Shown piece by piece: positions 31,056 to 41,367 of a stretch of DNA of 64,000 nt. This DNA is from Kiritimatiellia bacterium (lineage in GTDB: Bacteria; Verrucomicrobiota; Kiritimatiellia; JAQICX01), in contig JAQICX010000242.1 of NCBI GenBank assembly GCA_027858345.1, forward strand, positions 2,787-66,786, read 5' to 3'. Positions within the stretch are counted from its first letter, which is position 1. Each line of letters opens with the position of its first letter. Position numbers and translations under genes: made by a program. The notes beneath the pieces were generated by a model. That model searched no databases, was not told where the DNA came from, and saw nothing but the letters and a program-made list of their open reading frames with translations.

Positions 31056-31679
31056 TCAATTAACTATTGATGCAATGTATCCAGCGATGAATGCTGCCTG
31101 TTTTTCTCGGATATGTTCGTGGAAATGAACATGATCACAGTATACATCATCACTCAAGTTGTTTGTAAAAGTGTAAAGGTCAATTGATGGGACGCCAGCT
31201 TCTGCCATTACGGCATCGGCCGCTTCGTTATATGCAATGCAATCTGCTTTGAATCGAAAAAAGTCTGGTTGTATGGCATTGTGAACTTCTTCATCAGCTG
31301 GTGTTGTTCGCATCCAAATGACTTTTAGCCCGGAATCTCTTGAAACTTTAATGATTTTTTGAAGGTTTGCTTTGTATTCAACAATTGGAATTTGTTTTGA
31401 ACCAGTTTTTTTATCGGTTTTAATGTCATGCAGTCCACAGTTGATTAATGTGTAGTCTGTGTCAATTGGCTGTTTCTTTGCTCTAGCTTGTAAGTATTCC
31501 AGGACTCGCTGGGAGTCTCCACCATTTGCTCCATGTGGGATGTCAAGATTTTTTAGTGCTTCGACGGTTCCATCTTTTCTGGAGTATTCTGCAATTCCTG
31601 TTAGATATTTTTCCAGGTATGGTCCATAGTGAACTGATATGCTGTCGCCAATAATAAAAACTTTCATCTTCTTTTGCAT
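31056..31679 (-). CDS. SGNH/GDSL hydrolase
   Basis: IGDSIS, NCGLHD, DHVHF blocks. Confidence 0.9.
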   Translation of the reverse strand: MQKKMKVFIIGDSISVHYGPYLEKYLTGIAEYSRKDGTVEALKNLDIPHGANGGDSQRVLEYLQARAKKQPIDTDYTLINCGLHDIKTDKKTGSKQIPIVEYKANLQKIIKVSRDSGLKVIWMRTTPADEEVHNAIQPDFFRFKADCIAYNEAADAVMAEAGVPSIDLYTFTNNLSDDVYCDHVHFHEHIREKQAAFIAGYIASIVN

Positions 31680-31758
31680 TCCTTATTAATATATTAATTA
31701 AGGCATTATACATAACCAATAAATAAAGAGCAAGTCTCAAATGGATGATTTGCTGTCG

Positions 31759-32056
31759 CCTTAATTTTTCGGTTGAGACACTTTATGAGAACGTTTTTCA
31801 TGCCGTCACGCAGGTGACCGTTCTCGCTCCCGTTTTTCCAAGACTACGTTTGTTTGTATGCTGGGAGCGATCCCGCAGAGCGGGATCCTCGTTGTCATAT
31901 TAACTTGTTTTGTTTTCAGATATGAAAAGCCATTTGGCGGGGGCACGGTTCCTGACCCTACAGTCGCACCCCTCAGTCACGCAAGCGTGACAGCTCCCCT
32001 TAGCAAGGGGAGCAGTTCTGGTTTGCTTGACGCTTTCGCAGCTCATAACACTAAGG
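31759..32056. mobile_element. Composite MITE-like shell, copy E5 (right end degenerate, approximate)
   Basis: CCTTAATTTTTCGGTTGAGACACTTTATGAGAACG; first ~55 bp of cargo shared with E9, next ~70 bp is the reverse complement of E1 cargo. Confidence 0.75.
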
Positions 32057-32234
32057 TGAGGAGGGCTCTTTTATAATAAATGCCTGCGTAGCTGTTCCAT
32101 AATTTTTAATTTTTAATTATTAATTTCTAATTGAAAGCTCTTTTCATTGGTGGCGAAAAATATATGTGAGGAATATGTGGGATTGATAAAAAGTGAGTAA
32201 AACATAAAAAAAACGAAAAAATCAAAAAAAGGGG

Positions 32235-32263
32235 TTGACTTTTTGATTGAATTCCAATATATT
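32235..32263 (+). promoter_or_regulatory. Sigma70-type promoter for tRNA-Thr/tuf operon
   Basis: TTGACT-17 bp-TATATT preceded by A-tracts (UP-element-like). Confidence 0.6.
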
Positions 32264-32411
32264 TAACCGTTCTTTTTGGGTCATTCCAGAAAGAGCTTTT
32301 GAAACACTGTAAATTATGTCTGAGATTGATGTAGAACAAGTGCATTGAATATGTCGAAACAGAAGAAACATTTTATTATATATAGAATGGTAGTGGTTTT
32401 GAAACGCATGC

Positions 32412-32487
32412 GCCTATGTAGCTCAGTCGGTAGAGCACGTCCTTGGTAAGGACGAGGTCAGCGGTTCAATCCCGCTCATAGGCTCCA
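32412..32487 (+). tRNA. tRNA-Thr(GGT)
   Basis: GCCTATG/CATAGGC acceptor stem, CGTCC-TTGGTAA-GGACG anticodon arm, GGTTCAATCC T arm, encoded CCA. Confidence 0.97.
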
Positions 32488-32558
32488 TTGAGTAGATGGG
32501 GATTTATTGTTGTAAACTAAATATTATTAAGTAAAACTAAAAACATCGGAGGCTAATA

Positions 32559-33767
32559 ATGGCTAAAGAAACATTCGAACGTTCCAAACCACATGTGAAC
32601 GTAGGTACAATCGGTCACGTTGACCACGGTAAGACTACTCTTACAGCTGCAATAACAACAGTACAGGCTCTTAAAGGTTTGTGCGAAGCTATTAAATATG
32701 ATGAAGTAGCCAAAGCTTCTGAATCTCAAGGTCGTCGTGACTCTACAAAGATTCTTACAATTGCTACATCTCACGTTGAGTATAGTTCTGAAGCTCGTCA
32801 TTACGCTCATGTTGACTGTCCAGGACATGCTGACTATGTTAAAAACATGATCACTGGTGCTGCACAGATGGATGGAGCTATTCTTGTATGTTCAGCTGCT
32901 GACGGTCCAATGCCTCAGACTCGTGAACATATCCTTCTTGCTCGTCAGGTTGGTGTTCCAGCTATCGTAGTTTTCTTGAACAAGGTTGACCTTGTTGATG
33001 ACGAAGAACTACTTGAGCTAGTTGAAATGGAAGTTAGAGAACTTCTTACTAAGTACAATTTCCCGGGAGATGATATTCCTATCGTACGTGGTGATGCTCT
33101 TTCAGCAACACAGGCACAATCAGCTGATGATCCAGCATGTGAATGTATTACTGAACTAATGAACGCACTTGATGAGTACATCCCAGAACCAGTTCGTGAT
33201 ATTGATTTGCCGTTCTTGATGCCAATTGAAGACGTTTTCTCAATTGAAGGTCGTGGTACAGTTGTAACAGGTCGTGTTGAACGTGGTATCGTTAAAGTTG
33301 GTGAAACAATTGAAATCGTTGGTATCCATGACACAAAAACAACAACAGTTACTGGTGTTGAAATGTTCCGTAAGCTTCTTGAACAAGGTCAAGCCGGCGA
33401 TAACATTGGTGTTCTACTTCGTGGTACTAAGAAAAATGAAGTTGAGCGTGGTCAGTGTCTAGCTAAACCAGGTTCAATTAAACCACATACTAAGTTTGAA
33501 GCAGAAGTTTATATCTTAGGTAAAGACGAAGGTGGTCGTCATACTCCATTCTTCAAGGGTTACCGTCCTCAGTTCTACATCAGAACAACAGACGTTACAG
33601 GTGACATCACACTTCCAGAAGGTGTTGAAATGGTTATGCCTGGTGACAATGTTAACATGATTGTTGAACTAATCCAACCATGTGCTATCGAAGAGAAAAT
33701 GCGTTTTGCTATTCGTGAAGGTGGCCGTACAGTTGGTGCTGGTACAATTGCTAAGATTATAGAATAA
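32559..33767 (+). CDS. tuf: Elongation factor Tu
   Basis: [41 protein letters not shown]. Confidence 0.99.
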   Translation: MAKETFERSKPHVNVGTIGHVDHGKTTLTAAITTVQALKGLCEAIKYDEVAKASESQGRRDSTKILTIATSHVEYSSEARHYAHVDCPGHADYVKNMITGAAQMDGAILVCSAADGPMPQTREHILLARQVGVPAIVVFLNKVDLVDDEELLELVEMEVRELLTKYNFPGDDIPIVRGDALSATQAQSADDPACECITELMNALDEYIPEPVRDIDLPFLMPIEDVFSIEGRGTVVTGRVERGIVKVGETIEIVGIHDTKTTTVTGVEMFRKLLEQGQAGDNIGVLLRGTKKNEVERGQCLAKPGSIKPHTKFEAEVYILGKDEGGRHTPFFKGYRPQFYIRTTDVTGDITLPEGVEMVMPGDNVNMIVELIQPCAIEEKMRFAIREGGRTVGAGTIAKIIE

Positions 33768-33927
33768 GCAATTTAGGCAAACTAAACGTTGTCGGGGTAT
33801 GGTGCGAATTTATTTGTACCACGCCCCGCTACCACTTTGCCCTTTCAAATTGACAAAGTGGTAGCGGGGGGAATTATTCCTCGAGTATTAATGTAACAGA
33901 TAAATTTTAAAGTAAAGAAGGTTTATT

Positions 33928-34080
33928 ATGGCAAGAAATCAAGCAGTATTGCAATGCACTGAGTGTAAACGTCGTAACTACGTTAAAACACGTAACAAGA
34001 CTAATACACCTAATAGATTAGAGATGAACAAATTTTGTCCTGCTGAACGCAAAAGAACATTGCACAGAGAGACTAAATAG
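33928..34080 (+). CDS. rpmG: 50S ribosomal protein L33 (not in ORF track, 50 aa)
   Basis: Manual translation [50 protein letters not shown]; canonical position. Confidence 0.95.
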   Translation: MARNQAVLQCTECKRRNYVKTRNKTNTPNRLEMNKFCPAERKRTLHRETK

Positions 34081-34093
34081 ATAATTTTGACAC

Positions 34094-34169
34094 AGGTCAG
34101 TAGTTCAATTGGCAGAGCACCGGTCTCCAAAACCGGGTGTTGGGGGTTCGACTCCCTCCTGACCTGCCA
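34094..34169 (+). tRNA. tRNA-Trp(CCA)
   Basis: AGGTCAG/CTGACCT acceptor stem, CCGGT-CTCCAAA-ACCGG anticodon arm, GGTTCGACTCC, CCA end. Confidence 0.97.
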
Positions 34170-34221
34170 TATTTTGGTGGGGGGAACCTTTGGAGGTTGC
34201 CCTTTACAACGAAAGGCTAAG

Positions 34222-34431
34222 ATGAGCGAAGAAAAGAAAAATATATTTGATAAAACAAAAGGTTTTTTGGGCGATGTTGTTTTGGAATTAAAGAAAACAT
34301 CTTGGCCAACAAAACAGGAATTAACAGAGTCAACAGGACTTGTGATTGTATTTATTTTAATGCTCGCAGCATTTGTTGGTGCATCTGATTGGTTCTTCCA
34401 GAAGCTTATAAAACTACTAATCTCATTGTAA
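34222..34431 (+). CDS. secE: Preprotein translocase subunit SecE
   Basis: ELKKTSWPTKQEL motif plus one TM helix; ATG at 34222. Confidence 0.93.
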   Translation: MSEEKKNIFDKTKGFLGDVVLELKKTSWPTKQELTESTGLVIVFILMLAAFVGASDWFFQKLIKLLISL

Positions 34432-34441
34432 GGATATATTA

Positions 34442-34990
34442 ATGAAAAAACAATGGTTTGTATTACACTCTTTAACAGGTCAAGAGATGAAGGCTCGCGA
34501 TACTATCATTAAAACGGCAGCAATCGAAGAACTTGATGAGTTTATTGAAGAAGTTATCGTTCCGGTAGAAAAAGTCTACGAAAAGAAAAAAGGTAAAACC
34601 AGTACAATTACTCGTAAGTTTTTCCCAGGGTATATCCTCATAAATGTCGCCTTATATAATGAAGAAGGTGAAATGAATGAGAATGTCTGGCATTTTCTTC
34701 GTGGTATACAGGGAGTTATCGGATTCCTTGGTGGTGAAAAGCCAGCTCCGTTAAGACAGTCTGAAGTTGATGACATCTTGAATCAATCTGAAGAAGAAGA
34801 GGTTGCTAAACCAAAAATTGAATTTGAAATTGGGGAAACTGTTAAGATCAACGATGGTGCTTTCATGAACTTCAACGGTGTTGTTGAAGGTATTGACCCT
34901 GAAAGAGGCAAGTTGAAAGTTACGGTTGCAATTTTTGGCAGAAATGCTCCAGTGGAACTGGAATATTGGCAGGCTGAACGAGTTGAGTAG
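34442..34990 (+). CDS. nusG: Transcription termination/antitermination factor NusG
   Basis: WFVLH, FFPGY, KOW domain, IFGRNAPVELEY. Confidence 0.98.
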   Translation: MKKQWFVLHSLTGQEMKARDTIIKTAAIEELDEFIEEVIVPVEKVYEKKKGKTSTITRKFFPGYILINVALYNEEGEMNENVWHFLRGIQGVIGFLGGEKPAPLRQSEVDDILNQSEEEEVAKPKIEFEIGETVKINDGAFMNFNGVVEGIDPERGKLKVTVAIFGRNAPVELEYWQAERVE

Positions 34991-35139
34991 TAATCAACTT
35001 ATATTAAGAAATTAGAATTTATTGGAGTTCTTTAATTAGAACATATAACTTGGATTGCAATGTTGCAATCCTTTAACATATAATAGAAAACTACGACTTT
35101 TACTGATTAGTCGAAGAATATAATTCAGGAGTAGTTTAT

Positions 35140-35565
35140 ATGGCAAAGAAAATTACCGGCACAATAAAATTGCAAATTCCAGCCGGCCAAGCAAATCCGG
35201 CACCACCGGTGGGACCTGCACTAGGTCAGCAAGGCGTGAATATTATGGAATTTTGTAAAGCATTTAATGCCGCCACACAAGATAAGGCTGGTTTAGTCGT
35301 ACCTGTGGTAATTTCAGTGTATGAGGATAGATCATTCACTTTTATTACTAAGAGTGCACCTGCGGCTGTGTTGCTTAAGAAAGCAGCTGGCTTAGCTAAA
35401 GGTTCAGCGGTACCAAATCGCGATAAAGTTGGAACTGTCACACAAGATCAAGTTCGCGAGATCTATGAGATAAAGAAGGAAGATTTGAATGCTCGTTCAG
35501 AAGAAGGTGGCATGAAAATTATTGAAGGAACAGCCCGTAGCATGGGAATAACAGTAGAAGATTAA
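35140..35565 (+). CDS. rplK: 50S ribosomal protein L11
   Basis: [34 protein letters not shown]. Confidence 0.99.
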   Translation: MAKKITGTIKLQIPAGQANPAPPVGPALGQQGVNIMEFCKAFNAATQDKAGLVVPVVISVYEDRSFTFITKSAPAAVLLKKAAGLAKGSAVPNRDKVGTVTQDQVREIYEIKKEDLNARSEEGGMKIIEGTARSMGITVED

Positions 35566-35579
35566 GAGGGTTTAGGTTT

Positions 35580-36263
35580 ATGCCAAAACATGGAAAAAAA
35601 TATAATCAGGTAAAACAAGCAGCTCCAAAAGGTGTTGTTTCGCTTGAAGAAGCTCTTAACTTTATCAAAGCTAATCCTGTTGCTAAGTTTGATGAAACAA
35701 TTGAAATTGCTTTTCATCTTGGAGTTGATGCACGTAAATCAGATCAGATTGTTCGTGGTTCAGTAAGTCTTCCAAATGGTACAGGTAAAGATGTAACAGT
35801 CTTAGTTTTCGCAGAAGGCGATGCAATTGAAACAGCTCTAGCAGCTGGTGCGGCATTTGCTGGTGGTGAAGAGATGATTGAAAAAGTTAAAGGTGGATTT
35901 GTTGGTTTTGATGTTGCAGTTTCTACTACATCAATGATGAAGGAAGTTAGAAAACTTGGTAGAGTATTGGGTCCTCGTGGCTTAATGCCAAATCCAAAGA
36001 CTGGTACAGTTACAGATGATGTTGCTGCAGCAGTTACCGCAAGTAAAACTGGTAAAGTTGACTTCCGTATGGATAGAAACGCAAATGTATCTGTTCCTGT
36101 AGGCAAGATGTCTTTTGATGCTGATAAGCTTAAAGAAAACATCATGGCTATATTTAAAGTAGTTATGGCTGAAAGGCCGGTAGCTGCTAAGGGTATATAT
36201 ATAAAGAAAAGCGTTGTATCATCTACTATGGGTGTTGGAATCGCAATAAATTTAAAGGACTAG
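35580..36263 (+). CDS. rplA: 50S ribosomal protein L1
   Basis: KFDETIE, LGPRGLMPNPKTGTVT, SSTMG. Confidence 0.99.
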   Translation: MPKHGKKYNQVKQAAPKGVVSLEEALNFIKANPVAKFDETIEIAFHLGVDARKSDQIVRGSVSLPNGTGKDVTVLVFAEGDAIETALAAGAAFAGGEEMIEKVKGGFVGFDVAVSTTSMMKEVRKLGRVLGPRGLMPNPKTGTVTDDVAAAVTASKTGKVDFRMDRNANVSVPVGKMSFDADKLKENIMAIFKVVMAERPVAAKGIYIKKSVVSSTMGVGIAINLKD

Positions 36264-36270
36264 AGATAAA

Positions 36271-36789
36271 ATGAGACCAGAAAAAATCTCTATATTCAAT
36301 GAAGTTTATGAAGATATAAACTCATCAGAATATGTATATATAGTTGATTTCAGCGGTTCAAGTGTTGAACTTCTTTCAAGCCTCAGAGAGAAACTATCAG
36401 ACACTGACAGCCAAATTAAGGTTGTAAAGAACTCGTTGTTAAAAAAGACTGCAGAGAAACTTGGTTGGGATAGCTCAACTAATGATTACTTTGTTGGTCC
36501 TACAGCAATTGTGACAGGTAATGGCGAAGCCACTACTGTTGCAAAAGAACTCGTTAGCTTTGCTAAAGCAAACAAGAAACCTGTTATGAAGGGTGGAGTT
36601 CTTGGTATTAAGGTATTTGATGCAAGCGGTGTTGACACACTTGCTAAGATTCCACCAAGAGAAATTGTCCTTTCACAGGTTGTTGGAACAATCGCAGCTC
36701 CAATGAGCGGATTGGTTGGAGTTTTCAGCCAAAAAGTTGCAACGTTGTTGTATGTTCTCAAAGCAATAGAAGAGAAAAAGGCAAGTTAA
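36271..36789 (+). CDS. rplJ: 50S ribosomal protein L10
   Basis: VVKNSLL, GPTAI, LAKIPPRE; position in operon. Confidence 0.95.
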   Translation: MRPEKISIFNEVYEDINSSEYVYIVDFSGSSVELLSSLREKLSDTDSQIKVVKNSLLKKTAEKLGWDSSTNDYFVGPTAIVTGNGEATTVAKELVSFAKANKKPVMKGGVLGIKVFDASGVDTLAKIPPREIVLSQVVGTIAAPMSGLVGVFSQKVATLLYVLKAIEEKKAS

Positions 36790-36933
36790 TTAGTAATATA
36801 ATCCCTTTAGGTGATAATTTAAAAATTGCCTGAAGGTTTAAGATAAATTAGTAAACAATCATTTTATGTTAGTAACATAAATTTTAAAACTTATAAATAT
36901 ATTGTGTAACAATTACACTTTGGGAGATTAAAA

Positions 36934-37332
36934 ATGACAGAAGAAGTTAAAGCAGAAGGAAAGATGGCTGAGTTCGTTGAATGGATCAAAGGAATCAGTG
37001 TTATTGAACTATCAGAATTGGTAAAAGTACTAGAAGATGAACTAGGTGTTTCAGCAGCAGCTCCAATGGCAGTTGCAGCAGCTCCTGCAGCTGGCGGCGA
37101 AGCCGAAGAAGCTGAAGAACAAACAGAATTTGACGTAATCCTAGCTTCTGCTGGTGCAAAGAAAATTGCTGTTATCAAGGAAGTTCGTGCTATCACAGGT
37201 TTGGGTCTTAAAGATTCAAAAGACCTTGTAGAAGCTGCACCAAAGCCAGTTAAGGAAGGCGTATCTAAAGATGAAGCTGCAGAGCTTAAAGCTAAGCTAG
37301 AAGAAGCTGGTGCTACTGTTGAAGTAAAGTAA
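36934..37332 (+). CDS. rplL: 50S ribosomal protein L7/L12
   Basis: Ala-rich hinge, [26 protein letters not shown]. Confidence 0.99.
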   Translation: MTEEVKAEGKMAEFVEWIKGISVIELSELVKVLEDELGVSAAAPMAVAAAPAAGGEAEEAEEQTEFDVILASAGAKKIAVIKEVRAITGLGLKDSKDLVEAAPKPVKEGVSKDEAAELKAKLEEAGATVEVK

Positions 37333-37583
37333 TTTACTTTTCACAATTTATTTTCTGAATTCTGTATTCACCATGATTTTTAAGTGTGTAGGATACAGAA
37401 CTCAGTTCACATTACCCGTATAGAGTTTGATTCTCTTTCTCTGTGTTTTTGCACAGAAAAAGTTAAAATTCACTATGCGGGTTTGTTTGTTTATAGACTG
37501 CATCCATACGCAGCCTATAAATTTTATTTTTCAAGACTTGATTAAGGTAAATTAAGTCAACAGAACATAATTACGAGGTAATA

Positions 37584-40500
37584 ATGGCTCAAAGAAAAAG
37601 TTTTGGTAAGTTACAAGCGGTTATTGAACCGCCGGATTTGATTGAGTTACAAGCACAATCATATAAGGATTTCTTGCAGGAAGATTGCAAGCCTGAAAAG
37701 AGAAAAACAGAAGGATTGCAGTCTGTTTTTAAAGAAGTGTTCCCAATTGAAAGCTATGACGGCAAATATCTACTTGACTTTGTTAAGTACGAACTTACAA
37801 TGCCGAAGAATTCATACATAGACGTTTTGAGAGATGGCGGAACATATTCAATTGCTCTTAATGTCACATTTCGCCTACAAGATGGCGATGAACTCAGAGA
37901 AGATAAAGTTTATATGGGCGAGATTCCATTGATGACTCCAACAGGCTCATTTGTTGTAAATGGTGCAGAACGTGTTGTTGTTAGTCAGTTGCATCGTTCT
38001 CCTGGCATCTGCTCTGAAAAATCAATTCACCAAAATGGTGACCCGCTTTATTCAATGCGTGTTATCCCTGACAGAGGTTCATGGATTGAAATTCAATTTG
38101 ACACATCTAACTTAATTTGGATATATGTCGACAGAAGACGTCGTAGAAGAAAATTCTTAGCTACAACATTCCTTCGTGCTCTTGGTTATGGTTCTGATGA
38201 AGAATTGTTGAATCTTTACTACGAGTTTGCTGATTTGGATGTTAAAGGCGATTACGAAGAAGAAGAATTGGCTGATTTCGTTTTCTGTGATGATGTTCTT
38301 GACATCGACTCACAAAACGTTATTGCTCGTAAATATGAAATTTTGACACCAGTTTCAATTCAACAACTTAGAGATGCTGGATTCGAAAGCGTAAAAGTTG
38401 TTGACATCTCATGGGATGGCGGACTGATTCTTGAAAGTATCAAAGCTGATTCAGCAAACACTACAGACGATGCTCTAAAAGATATCTATCAAAAATTGCG
38501 TCCTGGTGATCCTGCAACAGTTTCAAATGCACGTCAATTGTTGAAAAGACAGTTCTTTGATGCAAAACGCTATGACTTAGGTGTTGTTGGTCGTCATAAA
38601 ATCAACAAGAAACTTGGTCTTGAAGGCAAAATTCCAAACACACAAAGAGTTTTGGATGTTGAAGATGTTATTGAGACGTTGAGAATGCTTGTTGATATCC
38701 GCAAGGGTGACTTGAATGTTGACGATATTGACCATTTGGGTAGTCGTCGTGTTCGTACAGTTGGTGAACTTGTTGAAAATCAATGCAGAGTTGGTCTGGC
38801 TAGAACAGAACGTCTAGTTCGTGAACGTATGACTCTTTATGATGCAGATAAGGGTGCTGCTCTTACACCTGCAAAACTTGTGAACTCAAAATCACTTTCA
38901 GCTGTTGTGCAGGATTTCTTCGCACGAAGCCAACTAAGTCAGTTCATGGATCAAACAAATCCTCTATCAGAACTTGCTCACAAAAGACGTTTAAGTGCTT
39001 TGGGACCAGGTGGATTGAGTAGAGATCGTGCTGGTTTTGAAGTTCGAGACGTTCATTTGAGTCATTATGGCAGAATTTGTCCAATTGAAACACCTGAAGG
39101 TCCAAACATTGGCCTGATCTCTTCTCTTGCTACATATGCAAGAAGAAATGAATTTGGCTTCATCGAAACACCATATTTAAAGGTGAAAAAAGGCGTTGTA
39201 TCAAAAGATGTTGATTATTTGTCGGCTGATGAAGAAGAAAAATTCATCATTGCTCAGGCAAACGCTCCAATGGATGAAAGCAGAAAATTTGTAAACAAAA
39301 TGGTTGCATGTCGTTACCAAACAGAAATGCTTGAAATTGAAGCAAAAAAAGTTCAGTATATGGACGTTTCGCCAAAACAGATTACTTCTGTTGCTGCCGG
39401 CTTGATTCCTTTCTTGGAACATGATGATGCAAACCGTGCGTTGATGGGTGCGAATATGATGCGTCAGGCTGTTCCGTTGATCAAAACAGAACGTCCTTAT
39501 GTAGCGACTGGTATGGAATCTCTTGTTGCAAAAGACTCTCGTGCAATTGTTACAGCTACGGCAGCTGGTAAAGTTGCATACGTTGATTCAAATAAGATTG
39601 TTATATCTAAAGATGGCAAGGTTCCAGCTGATGAAGCCTCAAAAGCATGTCAGGTTTATGACTTGCAGAAATTCCGTCGTTCAAATGCTGCCACATGTAT
39701 CAACCAAAAACCAATTGTTTGGTTTGGTGATGAAGTTAAAGTAGGTGACCCTCTTGCAGATGGTCCTGCTACTGATCAAGGTGAACTTGCCATTGGTAAG
39801 AACCTTCTTGTTGCATTTATGCCTTGGGATGGTTATAACTTTGAAGATGCTATTCTTATCAGTGAAAGAATTCTAAAGGATGATGTATTCACATCTGTTC
39901 ATATCACTAACTTCGAGTGTGGTGCAAGAGATACAAAACTTGGACCGGAAGAAATAACTCGTGACATTCCTAATGTTGGTGAGAATGCTCTTAAGAATCT
40001 AAGTGAAGAAGGTATTATCTATTCTGGTGCAAGAGTTGTTCCAGGTGATATCCTTGTTGGTAAGATTACTCCAAAAAGCGAAACTGAACTTGCTCCTGAA
40101 GAGAGACTTCTAAGAGCTATCTTCGGTGAAAAAGCTGCTGAAGTTCGTGACACATCTCTAACAGTGCCAAGTGGTACTAATGGTGTGGTTATGGACGTAA
40201 GAGTTACTACTCATCTGAAAGAACTTGTAAAAGAAGATCTTGCTGAAAAGAAAACCCACGTTAAAAACCTGAAAGATGACTACAAAACAGCTCGTCAAGA
40301 TCTTATGAATGATCTTACAGACGCTCTAAGTAACATCCTGTTAGGTGAAAAAATTCCTTTGGAAGTGGTTAATGCTCTGAATGGTGAAATCATCATACCT
40401 TCTAATCGTAAAATTACTAAAACATTGCTGCGTAAACTGGCTAATGCATATGAACACATTCAAATCGAAAGTAGTCCTATCCAGGAAAAAATCGATGATA

Positions 40501-41351
40501 TCATCGCTGAGTTCTCTCCAAGATTTGAAGAACTTGATGAGAAACATGTTGCATCAGTTGATAAGGTTGAGAGCGGTGACGATGTTGATTCAGGTATCGT
40601 TAAGCAGGTAAAAGTTTATATTGCTGATAAAAAGAAATTATCTGTTGGTGACAAACTTTCAGGTCGTCATGGTAACAAAGGTGTTGTTTCTAAGATTGTT
40701 TCAGAATGCGACATGCCTTACATGCCTGATGGAACTCCTGTGGATATCGTATTGAATCCTCTTGGTGTGCCTTCTCGTATGAACCTTGGACAGGTTTTTG
40801 AAACTCATCTTGGCATGGCTTGTGACATTCTTGGTTTACATGCCGGAACACCTATCTTTGATGGTATTAAAGAAGCAACAATTTCTGATTTACTTGAAGA
40901 AGCTGGTTGTGATAGAGATGGCAAAACATACCTTTATGATGGTAGAACTGGTGAACGCTTTGACCAAAGAGTTGTTGTTGGGCAAATTTATATGCTTAAA
41001 CTTCATCACTTGGTATCTGACAAACTACACTCAAGGTCTGTTGGTCCATACTCATTGGTTACACAACAACCTCTTGGTGGTAAAGCTCAGCATGGTGGTC
41101 AGAGAATGGGTGAAATGGAAGTTTGGGCTCTTGAAGCCTACGGTGTTGCCTATGCTCTGCAAGAGTTGCTTACGGTTAAGAGTGACGATGTTGTCGGTAG
41201 AACAAAGATATATGAATCTATTGTTAAGGGCGAGAACGTTCTAGACGCAGGTATGCCTGAGTCATTCAGTGTTCTTATTAGTGAACTTCGAGGATTGTGC
41301 TTGAATATTGAGCCGCATTCTAAAGACGAAGATAAATTGGACCTTATATAA
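37584..41351 (+). CDS. rpoB: RNA polymerase beta subunit
   Basis: NGAERVVVSQLHRSPG, CPIETPEGPNIGLI, GDKLSGRHGNKG, GEMEVWALEAYG. Confidence 0.99.
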   Translation: MAQRKSFGKLQAVIEPPDLIELQAQSYKDFLQEDCKPEKRKTEGLQSVFKEVFPIESYDGKYLLDFVKYELTMPKNSYIDVLRDGGTYSIALNVTFRLQDGDELREDKVYMGEIPLMTPTGSFVVNGAERVVVSQLHRSPGICSEKSIHQNGDPLYSMRVIPDRGSWIEIQFDTSNLIWIYVDRRRRRRKFLATTFLRALGYGSDEELLNLYYEFADLDVKGDYEEEELADFVFCDDVLDIDSQNVIARKYEILTPVSIQQLRDAGFESVKVVDISWDGGLILESIKADSANTTDDALKDIYQKLRPGDPATVSNARQLLKRQFFDAKRYDLGVVGRHKINKKLGLEGKIPNTQRVLDVEDVIETLRMLVDIRKGDLNVDDIDHLGSRRVRTVGELVENQCRVGLARTERLVRERMTLYDADKGAALTPAKLVNSKSLSAVVQDFFARSQLSQFMDQTNPLSELAHKRRLSALGPGGLSRDRAGFEVRDVHLSHYGRICPIETPEGPNIGLISSLATYARRNEFGFIETPYLKVKKGVVSKDVDYLSADEEEKFIIAQANAPMDESRKFVNKMVACRYQTEMLEIEAKKVQYMDVSPKQITSVAAGLIPFLEHDDANRALMGANMMRQAVPLIKTERPYVATGMESLVAKDSRAIVTATAAGKVAYVDSNKIVISKDGKVPADEASKACQVYDLQKFRRSNAATCINQKPIVWFGDEVKVGDPLADGPATDQGELAIGKNLLVAFMPWDGYNFEDAILISERILKDDVFTSVHITNFECGARDTKLGPEEITRDIPNVGENALKNLSEEGIIYSGARVVPGDILVGKITPKSETELAPEERLLRAIFGEKAAEVRDTSLTVPSGTNGVVMDVRVTTHLKELVKEDLAEKKTHVKNLKDDYKTARQDLMNDLTDALSNILLGEKIPLEVVNALNGEIIIPSNRKITKTLLRKLANAYEHIQIESSPIQEKIDDIIAEFSPRFEELDEKHVASVDKVESGDDVDSGIVKQVKVYIADKKKLSVGDKLSGRHGNKGVVSKIVSECDMPYMPDGTPVDIVLNPLGVPSRMNLGQVFETHLGMACDILGLHAGTPIFDGIKEATISDLLEEAGCDRDGKTYLYDGRTGERFDQRVVVGQIYMLKLHHLVSDKLHSRSVGPYSLVTQQPLGGKAQHGGQRMGEMEVWALEAYGVAYALQELLTVKSDDVVGRTKIYESIVKGENVLDAGMPESFSVLISELRGLCLNIEPHSKDEDKLDLI

Positions 41352-41367
41352 CCCCTTGGAGAATTAA

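Noticed and set aside
34087..34221. N-terminal extension of SecE in the ORF track
   Set aside because: Overlaps tRNA-Trp; real start is ATG 34222.
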